Positions 32,168 through 42,438 of a stretch of DNA of 64,000 nt are shown in pieces. The stretch comes from Candidatus Sumerlaeaceae bacterium. Lineage in GTDB: Bacteria; Sumerlaeota; Sumerlaeia; Sumerlaeales; Sumerlaeaceae. The stretch spans positions 20,600 to 84,599 of the forward strand of contig JAOAAY010000010.1 in the NCBI GenBank assembly GCA_026418615.1. Reading direction: 5' to 3'. Position 1 is the stretch's first letter, and every line of letters begins with the position of its first letter. Made by a program: the position numbers and the translations under genes. The notes under the pieces were generated by a model. That model ran no database searches and was not told where the DNA came from. It was given only the letters and a program-made list of their open reading frames with translations.

Positions 32168-33433
32168 ATGTCCATTCCCCCGCCAGACGCATTGAGCCCG
32201 CTCGCAATGGCCACTGAACAATTGCGGCTGGCCGCCGACCGACTGAATATGTCGGAAGACACCTTCCAAATGTTGCGGCGGTTTGAGCGTGTGCTGACCG
32301 TCACCTTCCCCGTCCGGCTCGATGATGGCCGGGTCGAGTTGTTTACGGGATACCGCGTTCTTCACTGCACCGATCGTGGCCCCGGAAAAGGCGGCGTCCG
32401 GTACGCACCCGACCTGACCGTGGACGAGGTCAGCGCGCTGGCCATGTGGATGACTTGGAAATGCGCCGTGGTGGACATCCCGTTCGGCGGTGCCAAGGGG
32501 GGCGTGCGCTGCGATGTGCGCGAACTGTCGCTCACGGAACTCGAGCGTCTGACCCGCCGATACACTTTTGAGATCAGCCCGGTCATTGGTCCCGGGGCCG
32601 ACATCCCCGCCCCGGACATGAACACCAACGAACGCACCATGGCTTGGATGATGGACACCTATAGCATGTTCACAGGCCGGACGACGCTGGGCGTAGTCAC
32701 GGGCAAGCCTGTCTGCCTCGGGGGCTCGCACGGCCGCAAGCAGGCCACGGCCCGCGGCGTCCTCATCGTTATGAAACGCGCCATGGATAAATTGGGCATG
32801 AGACCCGCCGGCTCGCGCGTAGTCATTCAAGGATTTGGCAATGTGGGAATGCATGCCGCTCTGATCGCTCACAACGAATACGGCATGAAAGTCGTTGCCG
32901 TCGGCGACGCCTACGCCAGTTTGGCCAATCCCAAGGGGATTGATGTGCCGCGGCTGGCCCAGTATGCGGAACGCACCGGATCGGTCCGCGGTTTTGACGG
33001 GGCGGATCCCATTTCGCCGTCGGAACTGCTCACCACCGATTGCGATGTCCTGATTCCGGCAGCCACATCGGCGCAAATCACGGCCCACAACGCGCCGTTC
33101 ATCAAGGCGCGCATCGTGGCCGAGGGCGCCAACGGTCCGACAACGCCCGAGGCTGACCGCATTCTCGAGGCCAACGGCGTGCTCGTCCTGCCCGATATTC
33201 TCGCCAACGCCGGCGGCGTGACCGTGTCGTATTTTGAATGGGTTCAGGATCTACAATCTTTTTTCTGGCCCGAAGAGCAGGTCAATCAGCAACTGGCTCG
33301 GGTCATGGAATCGGCCTTTGAGCGCGTCTGGGACCGGGCGCAGCGGGACAAGTGCGACATGCGGACTGCGGCGACGATGCTGGGCATCTCGACGATCGCC
33401 CATGCGACGGAACTGCGAGGCGTCTATCCCTGA
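32168..33433 (+). CDS. gdhA: Glutamate dehydrogenase (Glu/Leu/Phe/Val dehydrogenase family)
   Basis: GGAKGGV catalytic lysine region and C-terminal GFGNVG Rossmann. Confidence 0.9.
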   Translation: MSIPPPDALSPLAMATEQLRLAADRLNMSEDTFQMLRRFERVLTVTFPVRLDDGRVELFTGYRVLHCTDRGPGKGGVRYAPDLTVDEVSALAMWMTWKCAVVDIPFGGAKGGVRCDVRELSLTELERLTRRYTFEISPVIGPGADIPAPDMNTNERTMAWMMDTYSMFTGRTTLGVVTGKPVCLGGSHGRKQATARGVLIVMKRAMDKLGMRPAGSRVVIQGFGNVGMHAALIAHNEYGMKVVAVGDAYASLANPKGIDVPRLAQYAERTGSVRGFDGADPISPSELLTTDCDVLIPAATSAQITAHNAPFIKARIVAEGANGPTTPEADRILEANGVLVLPDILANAGGVTVSYFEWVQDLQSFFWPEEQVNQQLARVMESAFERVWDRAQRDKCDMRTAATMLGISTIAHATELRGVYP

Positions 33434-34710
33434 AGCCCGAGGAGCGTCCTGCGGAGCAAGTCCAGCGCGGTCAGCGCCGCGTGCAGGCGAATCTGATCGC
33501 GATCACCGAGGAAGCGCCGTTCGATGCACACCGTTGGCCTGTCGGAGGCGAGGGCCACATACACGAGCCCAACGGGCTTTTGTGCTGACCCGCCTGTGGG
33601 GCCTGCAATCCCTGTGATGGCTAAGGCGTAGTCCGGCCCTCCAGCCGCCCGCCGCGCGCCTTCAGCCATTTCGCGGGCGCACGCCTCACTGACCGCTCCA
33701 TGAAGCCTCAGAGTCTCGGGGCGCACACCCAGTAAAGCCTCTTTGGCCTCGTTGGCATAAGTTACGACGGCCTGTCGCAAGTAAGCCGAACTGCCCGGAG
33801 TGTCGGTCAAAAGTTTCGCTACCAGTCCTCCCGTGCAGGATTCCGCCACGGTGACGGTTACGCCTGAAGCAATCAACAACCCCGCAACGGCGGAAGCCAT
33901 CGTGTCGTCATCAAATCCATAGACACAATCGCGCCCGACGCGCTGCAGTGTCTCGTCTTCGTATTGCGCAACAAGTGCGTCTACTGCGGTCCGATCTTTG
34001 CCGCGGACGGTCACGCGAAAATCCACTCCGTAGGTCTTGGCCAAAATGGTGAAGCCCACGGCCGGATCGCGCCGGAACAGATCCCGAGTCAGCGCGCCCA
34101 ACTCGGATTCAGGCCGTCCGTAGGTGTGGATCGTGCGGGTGCGCACAACCGTGGCGCCACCAATGCGCTCTCGCAAGAGAGGTAGAGCCAGCGTTTCGAA
34201 CATAGGGATCAGTTCTTTGGGCGGTCCCGGCAGCGCCAACAGTGCGCACTTGGGCGCTCCCGGTCCGCCCGCCCCGGCTGAGAGAAAAAACCCGGGCGCC
34301 GTGCCCCACTGGTTTTGCAAGACGATCGCGCCAGCCGGCACCATGCCCTGCACCTCGTTCGCTGGCGGCATCTCCCGACCTCGCGCCCGGAACCGTTCGC
34401 GCATCATCTCGACGGCTTGTTCATTGCGCACCAGATTGACGCGCCAAACCTCGGCAAACACTTCGCGGTTCACATCGTCAGCGGTCGGGCCGAGTCCACC
34501 CGAGCAAATGACCAGATCGGCGCGACCGACCGCGTACTCCAGAATACGGCGCAGTTCGTCGGCGTTGTCCGGGGCCGCAGCAATCAGGATAACCTCGCCG
34601 CCCAGGGCGGACATTTGCTCGGCCAGATAGCGGGCATTCGTGTCGGCGTACAGCCCTTGAAGGATCTCCGAACCGGTCGAAATGATCGCGACGCGATGAA
34701 TGCGAGCCAC
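33424..34710 (-). CDS. cinA: CinA-family protein (MoCF-biosynthesis-like N-domain plus CinA C-domain, NMN deamidase)
   Basis: VAIISTGSEILQGLYADTNARYLAE N-terminus. C-terminal VAESCTGGLVAKLLTDTPGSS. Probable GTG start (VARIHRVAIISTG) rather than the ORF-track start at 34785. Confidence 0.75.
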   Translation of the reverse strand: MARIHRVAIISTGSEILQGLYADTNARYLAEQMSALGGEVILIAAAPDNADELRRILEYAVGRADLVICSGGLGPTADDVNREVFAEVWRVNLVRNEQAVEMMRERFRARGREMPPANEVQGMVPAGAIVLQNQWGTAPGFFLSAGAGGPGAPKCALLALPGPPKELIPMFETLALPLLRERIGGATVVRTRTIHTYGRPESELGALTRDLFRRDPAVGFTILAKTYGVDFRVTVRGKDRTAVDALVAQYEDETLQRVGRDCVYGFDDDTMASAVAGLLIASGVTVTVAESCTGGLVAKLLTDTPGSSAYLRQAVVTYANEAKEALLGVRPETLRLHGAVSEACAREMAEGARRAAGGPDYALAITGIAGPTGGSAQKPVGLVYVALASDRPTVCIERRFLGDRDQIRLHAALTALDLLRRTLLGLQG

Positions 34711-34727
34711 GGAGGGAGCCGTCACGA

Positions 34728-35723
34728 TCAGGCGCGCGCCACGGCGGCGGCCAAACTCAGCATCAGAAGGCGCGAGGTGAAGCAAAGCAGCGCCAAGTGC
34801 TGCGGGCGAAAGGCCCCCGTGCGTCCCATGGCATCACAGTAAATCAGCCCAGCAGGCTGTCCCCGCCGCTCCAGCGGAAAGGCCGCAAGGCTGCCGATCC
34901 GTTCCTTTTTTACCGTTTCCGTCCGCTGAAAACGGCGGTCGTTCTGCACATCATTGCACAGCACTGCATGCCCTTCCCGCAGACACCCCCGTAAGACGAC
35001 CCGGTTGACCGCCACATCCACTTCAGCCGGCGTGATGGCCCCGAGTCGCAACTGATCCTTGGCTTCCTGAAAAACAACGACGCCGCGATCGGCCCCTAGC
35101 GCGTGGACAACCGCGCGCAGAAAATGCCCCGCCACTTGCGCCTCGCCCGCCGTTTCCTCGGCCGCGGGAGTCCGCATGAGCGCCTGATGCAATTTCAGCA
35201 AGTCTCCAGAAAATTGTGAGTCGTCTCCGGTGGCTCGTAAAGCCAGGTCCTCCACCTCCCCGATGGAAAAGAAAACCTTGGGGCGGTCATCATCAGGTGT
35301 AGACGCCGGGCGCGAGGCCGGAGCCGCGAGAGCCTCGCTCGCGCCGATGTAAGTCCGAAGCCCGGACTCCTCTCCTCCCGTCTCAAACACGGGTGGCGTC
35401 ACAATGCCGCGCGACTTGCGGTACTCCGAGAGGTTAAAGTCGGGCGGTGGATCAAATAACAAGTGATATCCGCCAATTCGAATATCGTCACCGGGCTTGA
35501 GGGGCGCCGTAGATATCCGCCGGCCATTGACCGAGACCCCATTCTTGCTGTCGAGGTCGCGGATCACATACTCTGGACCGCGACGATAAACGATGGCATG
35601 CACACGGGAGATTTCGTCGCCGTCCAACCGCAGCAGGTTCGAATAAGCCCGACCGACCGTCAATTCCTGCCCGACTTCGACTTCGCGAACTTCTTCGGCC
35701 GTGATGAGTAACAACCGGACCAT
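34728..35723 (-). CDS. FHA-domain plus GAF-domain signalling protein
   Basis: FHA: GQELTVGRAYSNLLRLDGDEISRVHAIVYRRGPEYVIRDLDSKNGVSVNGRRI. C-terminal GAF-like region (VVVFQEAKDQLRL...LCNDVQNDRRF). Confidence 0.6.
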   Translation of the reverse strand: MVRLLLITAEEVREVEVGQELTVGRAYSNLLRLDGDEISRVHAIVYRRGPEYVIRDLDSKNGVSVNGRRISTAPLKPGDDIRIGGYHLLFDPPPDFNLSEYRKSRGIVTPPVFETGGEESGLRTYIGASEALAAPASRPASTPDDDRPKVFFSIGEVEDLALRATGDDSQFSGDLLKLHQALMRTPAAEETAGEAQVAGHFLRAVVHALGADRGVVVFQEAKDQLRLGAITPAEVDVAVNRVVLRGCLREGHAVLCNDVQNDRRFQRTETVKKERIGSLAAFPLERRGQPAGLIYCDAMGRTGAFRPQHLALLCFTSRLLMLSLAAAVARA

Positions 35724-35821
35724 AAGTCCCATGCCTTGACGCAAATTTGCTGAACAAGAGCGTATACAAACGATCAAAATCAATGTACAAAATAGGTTCG
35801 CACGCGCACAATCTTAGTGCA

Positions 35822-35868
35822 TGAAAACACGGGGGGGCGAGACTGGCCGAGCAAGCCGTTCCCGCCCC
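35822..35868 (-). terminator. Putative intrinsic terminator after pnp
   Basis: On the minus strand a GC stem (GGGGCGGGAACGGCTTGCTCGGCCAGTCTCGCCCC) is followed by GTGTTTTC. Adjacent AT-rich stretch 35780-35830 is the likely promoter of the FHA gene. Confidence 0.35.
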
Positions 35869-35904
35869 GTCCTGTGTTAGGCGAAAGGAAATCCCCTGAC
35901 GAAA

Positions 35905-38364
35905 TCAGTCCCGAAGTTCGTCGTCCACATCGCTGGAGAATGGTCCCGGATCGGACGAGGAATGATCCAGCCGCTCGAACACATCATCATGGTCGCTGTC
36001 GGCAGGCTCCGCGGCAGCCTGCGGTTGTGAGCCAGCAGGATGGCCATGGCGCGGGGTGGCTCCGCGGTCGCGGCCACCTCGATCGCCCCCCCGGCCTCTC
36101 TCCCGGTCGCGCCCGCCCCGGTCGCCGCGGTCGCGTTCGCGCCCGCCCCGGTCGCCGCGGTCGCGTTCGCGCCCGCCCCGGTCACGATCGCGCTCGCGTC
36201 CGCCCCGCTCACGCTCGCGGTCGCGGTCGCGCACGCCGGCACCACCTGTCGGTCCGGCATCGGGATAGAGCGCTTGCTTGCGCGAGAGGCGCACCTTGCC
36301 CTTCTCGTCAATGCCAATGACTTTCACAACTACCTCGTCCCCGACATTGCAGACATCCGTCACGCGTTCCACGCGTCGCGGCTCGAGTTCGCTGACATGC
36401 ACCAGACCATCCTTCCCCGGCAGGATCTCCACAAACGCGCCGTACTCTTCCACGCGCGTCACCTTGCCAGTGTACACCTGACCCAACTCGGCCTCGGCCG
36501 TGAGTTCGCGGATCCATTTGATGGCCCGTTCCATTGCGGCGCCGTCGGCTGACGCAATGAAAACCTGGCCATTGTCATTGATGTCGATCTTGCAGCCCGT
36601 GGTGGCCACGATTTCTTTGATAACCTTGCCGCCACTGCCGATGACATCGCGGATCTTGTCGGGATTGATCGTGATCATCTCGATGCGCGGTGCGTACGGG
36701 TTGAGTTCGGTGCGCGGCGCAGGCAGGACTTCGAGCATCTTTGACAAGATATGTCGGCGGCCGGCGCGCGCCTGCTCGAGCGCCTTTTCCATGATTTCGA
36801 AGGTCACGCCTTCGATTTTAATGTCCATTTGAAGGGCCGTGATGCCATCCCAAGTGCCGGCAACCTTGAAGTCCATGTCGCCAAGGTGATCCTCAAGCCC
36901 CATGATGTCGCTCAACACGACATAGTCGTCGCCTTCTTTGATGAGCCCCATGGCAATGCCCGCCACCGGGGCTTTCACGGGAACGCCGCCGTCCATCAGG
37001 GCCAGACAGCCGCTGCAGACGCTGGCCATCGAACTGGAGCCGTTGGATTCAAGGATTTCACTGACCAAGCGGATCGTGTAAGGGAATTTCTCGTGATCCG
37101 GGATGATGGGCTTGATGGAGCGCTCGGCCAGCGCCCCATGCCCAATCTCGCGGCGCCCGGGTCCGCGAATGGGGCGCACCTCACCCACCGAAAAGGACGG
37201 GAAATTATAATGCATGTAGAAGGTGCGCTCGCTCTTCTCTTCGAGCCAGTCGAGTTCCTGCGTGTCCTCGCCCGTGCCCAGGGTCAGCACCCCGAGCGAC
37301 TGGGTCTGGCCGCGCGTGAACAGTGCCGACCCGTGAGTACGGGGCAAAACTCCCACATCCACTGTGATCGGCCGGATCTCGTCGAGTTTGCGGCCGTCAG
37401 CGCGAATTTTCGTCTCGAGCACGCGACGGCGCATTGACTGGGAGTACTCATCCTCAAAAACTGTTTTCATGACATCCCGGACTTCGGGATACTCGTCGGC
37501 GAGGGCGTCGATGACTTCATCACGAGCCTCATCAAGGGCGTCGGCGCGCTCTTTCTTCTCGTAGATCTCATTGATCCGCGCGAACTTAGGCCGGCTCAGC
37601 GCACGGATTTTCTCCAGCAGGGTTGCATTATGCTGGGGTTTGGTCCATGCCGCCTTCTCGCGCCCCACTTCCCGGCGAAGAGCCTCTTGAGCGTCGCAGA
37701 TCAGTTGCACGGCTTGATGCCCAAATCGCAGCGCGCCGAGCATTTGATCCTCGGTCAGCATCTTGGCCCCGCTCTCAACCATCACGACGGCATTCTTGGT
37801 GCCAGCCACGACGAGGTCTAACAGCAGGGTTTTCTGCTCCTCGTAGGTCGGATTGAGCACATAGTTTGTGCCGTCGAATCCGACGCGGACACCCGCCACA
37901 GGCTTATCGAACGGGATATCGGAGATAATGAGCGCCGTGGAGGCCGCACACAGCCCCACAACATCCGGGGAGTTCTTCCCGTCGTACGAGAGAACGGTCA
38001 CGAATACTTGCACTTCCTGCGTGAAGCCCTCGGGGAACATGGGCCTCAGCGGGCGGTCAATCAGCCGCGCCGTGAGAATCTCTGCTTCGGTGGGGCGACC
38101 CTCCCGCTTGAAAAAGCCGCCGGGAATACGCCCTCCCGCGTACATCCGCTCCCGATATTCCACGGTCAGCGGAAAAAAATCCAAAGGTTCCGGTCGGGGG
38201 CCTGCCATCACAACAGAGGCCAGAACTGTTGTTCCGCCCACTGTCGCCGTCACTGAACCGTTGGCTTGCTTGGCCAGTTTCCCTGTGCCGAGAATCAGGT
38301 TTTCCCGCCCAAAGGGCACGACTTTCTCCGTGGCTGCAAGAAGCCCGGGCTTCGAATCTGACAT
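35905..38364 (-). CDS. pnp: Polyribonucleotide nucleotidyltransferase (PNPase) with a ~130-aa Arg/Asp/Gly-repeat C-terminal extension
   Basis: Two RNase PH domains, KH and S1 ([33 protein letters not shown]). Start taken at MSDSKPGLL; the ORF track extends upstream to 38556. The tail reads [57 protein letters not shown]. Confidence 0.9.
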   Translation of the reverse strand: MSDSKPGLLAATEKVVPFGRENLILGTGKLAKQANGSVTATVGGTTVLASVVMAGPRPEPLDFFPLTVEYRERMYAGGRIPGGFFKREGRPTEAEILTARLIDRPLRPMFPEGFTQEVQVFVTVLSYDGKNSPDVVGLCAASTALIISDIPFDKPVAGVRVGFDGTNYVLNPTYEEQKTLLLDLVVAGTKNAVVMVESGAKMLTEDQMLGALRFGHQAVQLICDAQEALRREVGREKAAWTKPQHNATLLEKIRALSRPKFARINEIYEKKERADALDEARDEVIDALADEYPEVRDVMKTVFEDEYSQSMRRRVLETKIRADGRKLDEIRPITVDVGVLPRTHGSALFTRGQTQSLGVLTLGTGEDTQELDWLEEKSERTFYMHYNFPSFSVGEVRPIRGPGRREIGHGALAERSIKPIIPDHEKFPYTIRLVSEILESNGSSSMASVCSGCLALMDGGVPVKAPVAGIAMGLIKEGDDYVVLSDIMGLEDHLGDMDFKVAGTWDGITALQMDIKIEGVTFEIMEKALEQARAGRRHILSKMLEVLPAPRTELNPYAPRIEMITINPDKIRDVIGSGGKVIKEIVATTGCKIDINDNGQVFIASADGAAMERAIKWIRELTAEAELGQVYTGKVTRVEEYGAFVEILPGKDGLVHVSELEPRRVERVTDVCNVGDEVVVKVIGIDEKGKVRLSRKQALYPDAGPTGGAGVRDRDRERERGGRERDRDRGGRERDRGDRGGRERDRGDRGGRDRERGRGGDRGGRDRGATPRHGHPAGSQPQAAAEPADSDHDDVFERLDHSSSDPGPFSSDVDDELRD
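36056..36260. repeat. Tandem 30-bp direct repeats (GCGCCCGCCCCGGTCGCCGCGGTCGCGTTC and degenerate copies) encoding the RD/RG tail of PNPase
   Basis: Two exact adjacent copies plus several diverged copies, read directly. Confidence 0.6.
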
Positions 38365-38630
38365 GAATGAATCCTTTCGCGCCGGTTGCCCGCTTAGGGA
38401 ATAAACACGAGCACCCGTATGTGTGGCGCGAAACCGGAGGAGGGGGGTCGGGGTTTTAAATCTTGGCGCAAGCCCAGTGATCCCGGTCTTGTGCCGACAT
38501 CTAAAAGCCCGAACCGCATCCCGAAACGGGATAAACTCCCTCGATTCGCACCACACATAAGTGCAAGTTGCACAAGAGACTATTCAAGCGCGTTCCGAAC
38601 TGCTCCAAGCGTGTGCCGCGGCAGGATAGG

Positions 38631-40073
38631 TCAGGTGCGCCAAAAGACGCGCAAACGGGTGAATACCATGACCATCAGGCCCACCAGAAGCGTAATGATC
38701 AGTCCCCGCAAGGCCCCCGGCCATGGGCCGGGCGTGATCCGGGTCAGCAGCGCGCCCAGCCCGGTCAACCCGAGCAATGGAGCGATGAAAAACGCGTTGC
38801 CTACATAGGCCATCATCGGGTTCTGGCCGTTATCGCTGAGCAGAGCCAGCCACCGGCGACATCCCAACACATCCCCGAACACAGTGAATCCGACGAGCAC
38901 GATGCATGCAAGGCCGGATGTGACAAAGTAATAACTGAGCGTTGCATGATCCTTCTTGATCCCGCCCTGATACGGCTCCAACACCATCCCAAGCATCAAC
39001 CAGAAGACGCCCCAGAGGAAGACCGTACGGATGAGCCGTCCTGTGGCGCCCGCCGCCGGCCGCAAAAGCAGGCATCCGGCACCGCATAGAGCGGCATTAA
39101 GGCAAACCGTCGCCTCGACCCAGCGCGCCTGAAGTCCCACAAGGTTGACCAGCACAATCATCGCCGCGAGAGAGGCAACGAGCCACAAACGCAAGCGGCT
39201 CAAAGGCAACGGCCCGTCAGATGCCGAACCGCGCTGACGCATCCAAGCCTCGAGTTCTTCGCCTGCGATCATTCCGGGGATGACAATGAACAGATATTTC
39301 TGGAAGCGTGGCTCAAACAGCCACGGCGCCGGGGTCAATTGCGTTAGATCAAACACCCAACCGGGTTTGTAGCGGGCAAGATGAATTCCGAGACCAATAA
39401 GCAGCAGGCCGAACCGCCAGAGTTGGCGATTGCGGGTGAGAAGCCAGACAAGAACGCCTGTTGTGACGACATTAGCTAAGACCAGCAGGATAATATTGCT
39501 ACGCTTCAGGCTAAAACCGCTTCCGTCCGGATACCGCGCCCAGACCAACAATGCGACGGCACCGGCCCAGCCCACAGCCCGAATAGTCCAATGCAACGCG
39601 GCGGGCCACTTTTCCGGCAGACGCGCGAAGATGGCGAACATCAAGGCAAACGCCGAAAGTCCGGCCAAATAGTGGACAACTCCGGGTTCTTTGCTCAACG
39701 CGAAAGGGTTGAGGTGCGCCTCAAAAAAAGCGAAAAAGGCCAGTAAAGCCCCGCGTTTGAAACCCGTTGCGCCCGCTTGCCAAGGGCTCATCCCCCGCTC
39801 CAGTCGGCGCGTTAGCGCGAGTGGAATGGCCGCCCCGAGCGAAAACAAAAAAAACGGAAAAACCAAGTCTACCCAAGTCAGGCCGGCAAGCGTCGGATCG
39901 AACTTGTGCGCCGGCGGCGGAATCTGCGCGTGATACATCCACGCAGGCAATACGCCATAGGGCACGGTGCCAGACAGCACCATGGTCAGGATAGCGAAAC
40001 CCCGAAGGGCGTCGAGTGCTACGGCGCGCGGCGCAACAGCCGCACCCGCATGGGATTGAGCCAGCATAGACAT
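38631..40073 (-). CDS. HGSNAT-like membrane acyltransferase (DUF1624/DUF5009 family; heparan-alpha-glucosaminide N-acetyltransferase homologue)
   Basis: RAVALDALRGFAILTMVLSG...WVDLVFPFFLFSLGAAIPLAL closely parallels the HGSNAT/DUF1624 N-terminal signature. About 11 TM segments. Confidence 0.7.
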   Translation of the reverse strand: MSMLAQSHAGAAVAPRAVALDALRGFAILTMVLSGTVPYGVLPAWMYHAQIPPPAHKFDPTLAGLTWVDLVFPFFLFSLGAAIPLALTRRLERGMSPWQAGATGFKRGALLAFFAFFEAHLNPFALSKEPGVVHYLAGLSAFALMFAIFARLPEKWPAALHWTIRAVGWAGAVALLVWARYPDGSGFSLKRSNIILLVLANVVTTGVLVWLLTRNRQLWRFGLLLIGLGIHLARYKPGWVFDLTQLTPAPWLFEPRFQKYLFIVIPGMIAGEELEAWMRQRGSASDGPLPLSRLRLWLVASLAAMIVLVNLVGLQARWVEATVCLNAALCGAGCLLLRPAAGATGRLIRTVFLWGVFWLMLGMVLEPYQGGIKKDHATLSYYFVTSGLACIVLVGFTVFGDVLGCRRWLALLSDNGQNPMMAYVGNAFFIAPLLGLTGLGALLTRITPGPWPGALRGLIITLLVGLMVMVFTRLRVFWRT

Positions 40074-40116
40074 GGACACCTCGCACCTGCCAGCGGGCCG
40101 TGAAGCAATGTCCTTG

Positions 40117-41289
40117 TCAACGACGGAGCGCATTCAGAAGGGCCGTGACAGGCCAAGGCGGACGCTTGACACAGGTCATGACCAGATGGCCCTCTGGCAG
40201 GCCGTAATACTCCCCGGGATGCGCAAGGATGCCCGTCTCCCGCACGACACGGGCCAGGGCCGACTCATCCGCCTGCGCGCCGGCGGACGCAACCTTGACA
40301 GGCAGATAGACGCCGGCCTCGGGCATCGAGACCGCCACGCCGCAATCACGCCATGTCCCGACCAAAGCGCCCATCCGGCAGGTGTATTCCTGACGAAACC
40401 GCCCAGGCACCTCGGCTCCCTTGGCAAAAACCAGCGGTATTACGGCTTGGGTGGCTTCACTGACGGCCAGAAAAGGATCGCTCAGGGATTCCGCCGCCCG
40501 CAAAAATTGCTCACAACGCTGCTGCTCCCCCTCCGCCACTAACCAACCCGCTTTGAGACCCGGCAAGGAGAACATTTTGGAAAATCCGTTGAGAACCAGC
40601 GCGAGCGGCGCGCCGACGGCCGCAGGGCGCAAAACGCCAACAGCGCCGTGCGTAAACTCGCGGAAAACCTCGTCGAACACAATGACCAAGCCGTGACGCC
40701 GGGCGATTTCCGCCAGCGCAAGCAGTTCCCCGGCTGTGGCAACGCTTCCAGTGGGATTGTGAGGCGATACCACAACAATGATACGCGTGCGCGCGGTCAC
40801 CTGAAATTCGACCTCGCCGGGATCTATAGCCCAACGCAACCCATCGTGATGCATGTGATAGCGTCGAACGGTCACATGCGCCAATCGGGCCAAATCATCG
40901 AACAGGGGGTAGGTGGGGTGCGGGCAGAGGATCTCCTCACCGGGTCGGGCGAGCAGGCGAAACGCACACCAGTAGGCGAAACTGGTTCCGGGAGTTAGGA
41001 GCACCTGTTCCGGTTTACAGCCGTGGTACCCAGCCACGGCCTCGCGGGCTGAGAGCAGCCCTTGCGGATCCGGTCGGTAGAACCGAGAGGCTGCAACCGC
41101 TTTCTGCATGAGTTGGCGTAGCAGATCTGGCGGGAATTCCAGCCCCTCTTCCTGCGGGTTGGCTGTTATCAGGTCGCAGATGGGGGTCCCCCGCGCCCGG
41201 CATTCCGCCACAGCACGGGCAAGTTGCGAGGGCACCCCCTCGTTCCATTCGTCCATCAGCCGCGAGCCCATACCCGTTGCTTCATCCAC
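40117..41289 (-). CDS. Class I/II PLP-dependent aminotransferase (aspartate/alanine aminotransferase-like)
   Basis: PLP-lysine region LNGFSKMFSLPGLKAGWLV. Length 390 aa. Confidence 0.75.
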   Translation of the reverse strand: MDEATGMGSRLMDEWNEGVPSQLARAVAECRARGTPICDLITANPQEEGLEFPPDLLRQLMQKAVAASRFYRPDPQGLLSAREAVAGYHGCKPEQVLLTPGTSFAYWCAFRLLARPGEEILCPHPTYPLFDDLARLAHVTVRRYHMHHDGLRWAIDPGEVEFQVTARTRIIVVVSPHNPTGSVATAGELLALAEIARRHGLVIVFDEVFREFTHGAVGVLRPAAVGAPLALVLNGFSKMFSLPGLKAGWLVAEGEQQRCEQFLRAAESLSDPFLAVSEATQAVIPLVFAKGAEVPGRFRQEYTCRMGALVGTWRDCGVAVSMPEAGVYLPVKVASAGAQADESALARVVRETGILAHPGEYYGLPEGHLVMTCVKRPPWPVTALLNALRR

Positions 41290-41382
41290 GCTAACAAAAT
41301 TTCATGCGCAATGAAAAGAATACAAACATGGTACTCAATGGTTGCGGTCGCGTCGGGGCGACGATGAATTTCTCATAGGCAG

Positions 41383-42357
41383 GTGCGCGCTATGATCCGT
41401 GGGACTCTGACAAAAGCAACCCTTTATCCGGTAGCATTACTCTTGGTGATTTGCAGCCTTGGCAGTCTGTCCCATGCCGGGGCCAGTTTGTATTCGCTGC
41501 GGTTCCACGGGACTGGGACCGGCCAGCAGGATCGCGTTCGAATCAAGATAGACGCCCCTCCCGTGGCGGCAGACATTGGAGCGGGGTCTTTCTCCATCGA
41601 TTTTTGGATGAAGGGCACGCATGCGGCTAACACGGTACCGACTCATGAGTATCGCGCGCCCAATGATATCGAAGATTTCGACACGGACTGGACCGCAGGC
41701 AACATCATCATTGACCGCGATATTTTCGGCCCGGGCCCTGACTGGGGCATTTCGGTGCATCGCAACGGCTTTGGCTCGACAGTTGGCGTGCTGCGGTTCG
41801 GCACTGAGGGGGCTTCAGGTGGCGACGGCCCTCACACGCTCCAAACAACGGGCGGTGTCAACCTGCTCAACGGTTCATGGCACCATGTCTGCGTTGTGCG
41901 CGACGCAACCACGGGACGAAAACACATTTACCTCAACGGGGTTCTCAATGTGTCGAGTTCACCGGGGGTTTCGGACGACAACCTCAGTTACCCGAACAAT
42001 TTCAACGACCCATCCTGGCCATGGAACCCCTATCTCGTGTTCGGTGCCGAGAAGCATGATTATGACCCGGCAAATTACCCGCCTTTTAGAGGCTGGCTTG
42101 ATGAAGTCCGGCTCTGGAATATTGCCCTGACACCCGCTCAGGTGGCGGCGTACTACAATACGACCATTTCGCCGTCAACGCCGGGTCTGGCGGCCTATTA
42201 TCGCTTTGAGCAGGGTTCAGGAACGGCGATTCTTGATCTGACCGCAGGCGCGTCTCACGGCACGCTCATTGCCGGAATCGCCGGCAACGGAGAATGGAGT
42301 ACGGATACGCCTGCCTCGCTGGTGCCTGTCACTATCAGCACCTTCCGCGTCGAGTAG
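41383..42357 (+). CDS. Secreted concanavalin-A-like lectin/glucanase (LamG_3-type) domain protein
   Basis: Signal peptide. WHHVCVVRDATTGRKHIYLNGVL...FRGWLDEVRLWNIALTPAQV matches the LamG-like jelly-roll pattern. Confidence 0.6.
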   Translation: MRAMIRGTLTKATLYPVALLLVICSLGSLSHAGASLYSLRFHGTGTGQQDRVRIKIDAPPVAADIGAGSFSIDFWMKGTHAANTVPTHEYRAPNDIEDFDTDWTAGNIIIDRDIFGPGPDWGISVHRNGFGSTVGVLRFGTEGASGGDGPHTLQTTGGVNLLNGSWHHVCVVRDATTGRKHIYLNGVLNVSSSPGVSDDNLSYPNNFNDPSWPWNPYLVFGAEKHDYDPANYPPFRGWLDEVRLWNIALTPAQVAAYYNTTISPSTPGLAAYYRFEQGSGTAILDLTAGASHGTLIAGIAGNGEWSTDTPASLVPVTISTFRVE

Positions 42358-42438
42358 AGTCCGGAGCAGTCGGGCGTGGCGCTGTTTTTGGGTTGAAATG
42401 TAATCGGACGGCATCAGGCTGCAAGCGGTTACAACTGC

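Noticed and set aside
38365-38630. Expected rpsO (S15) gene or leader upstream of pnp
   Set aside because: No ~89-aa S15-like ORF is present. The 265-bp region is a non-coding 5' leader, possibly structured, and the upstream gene is an HGSNAT-like membrane protein. Reported only as context.
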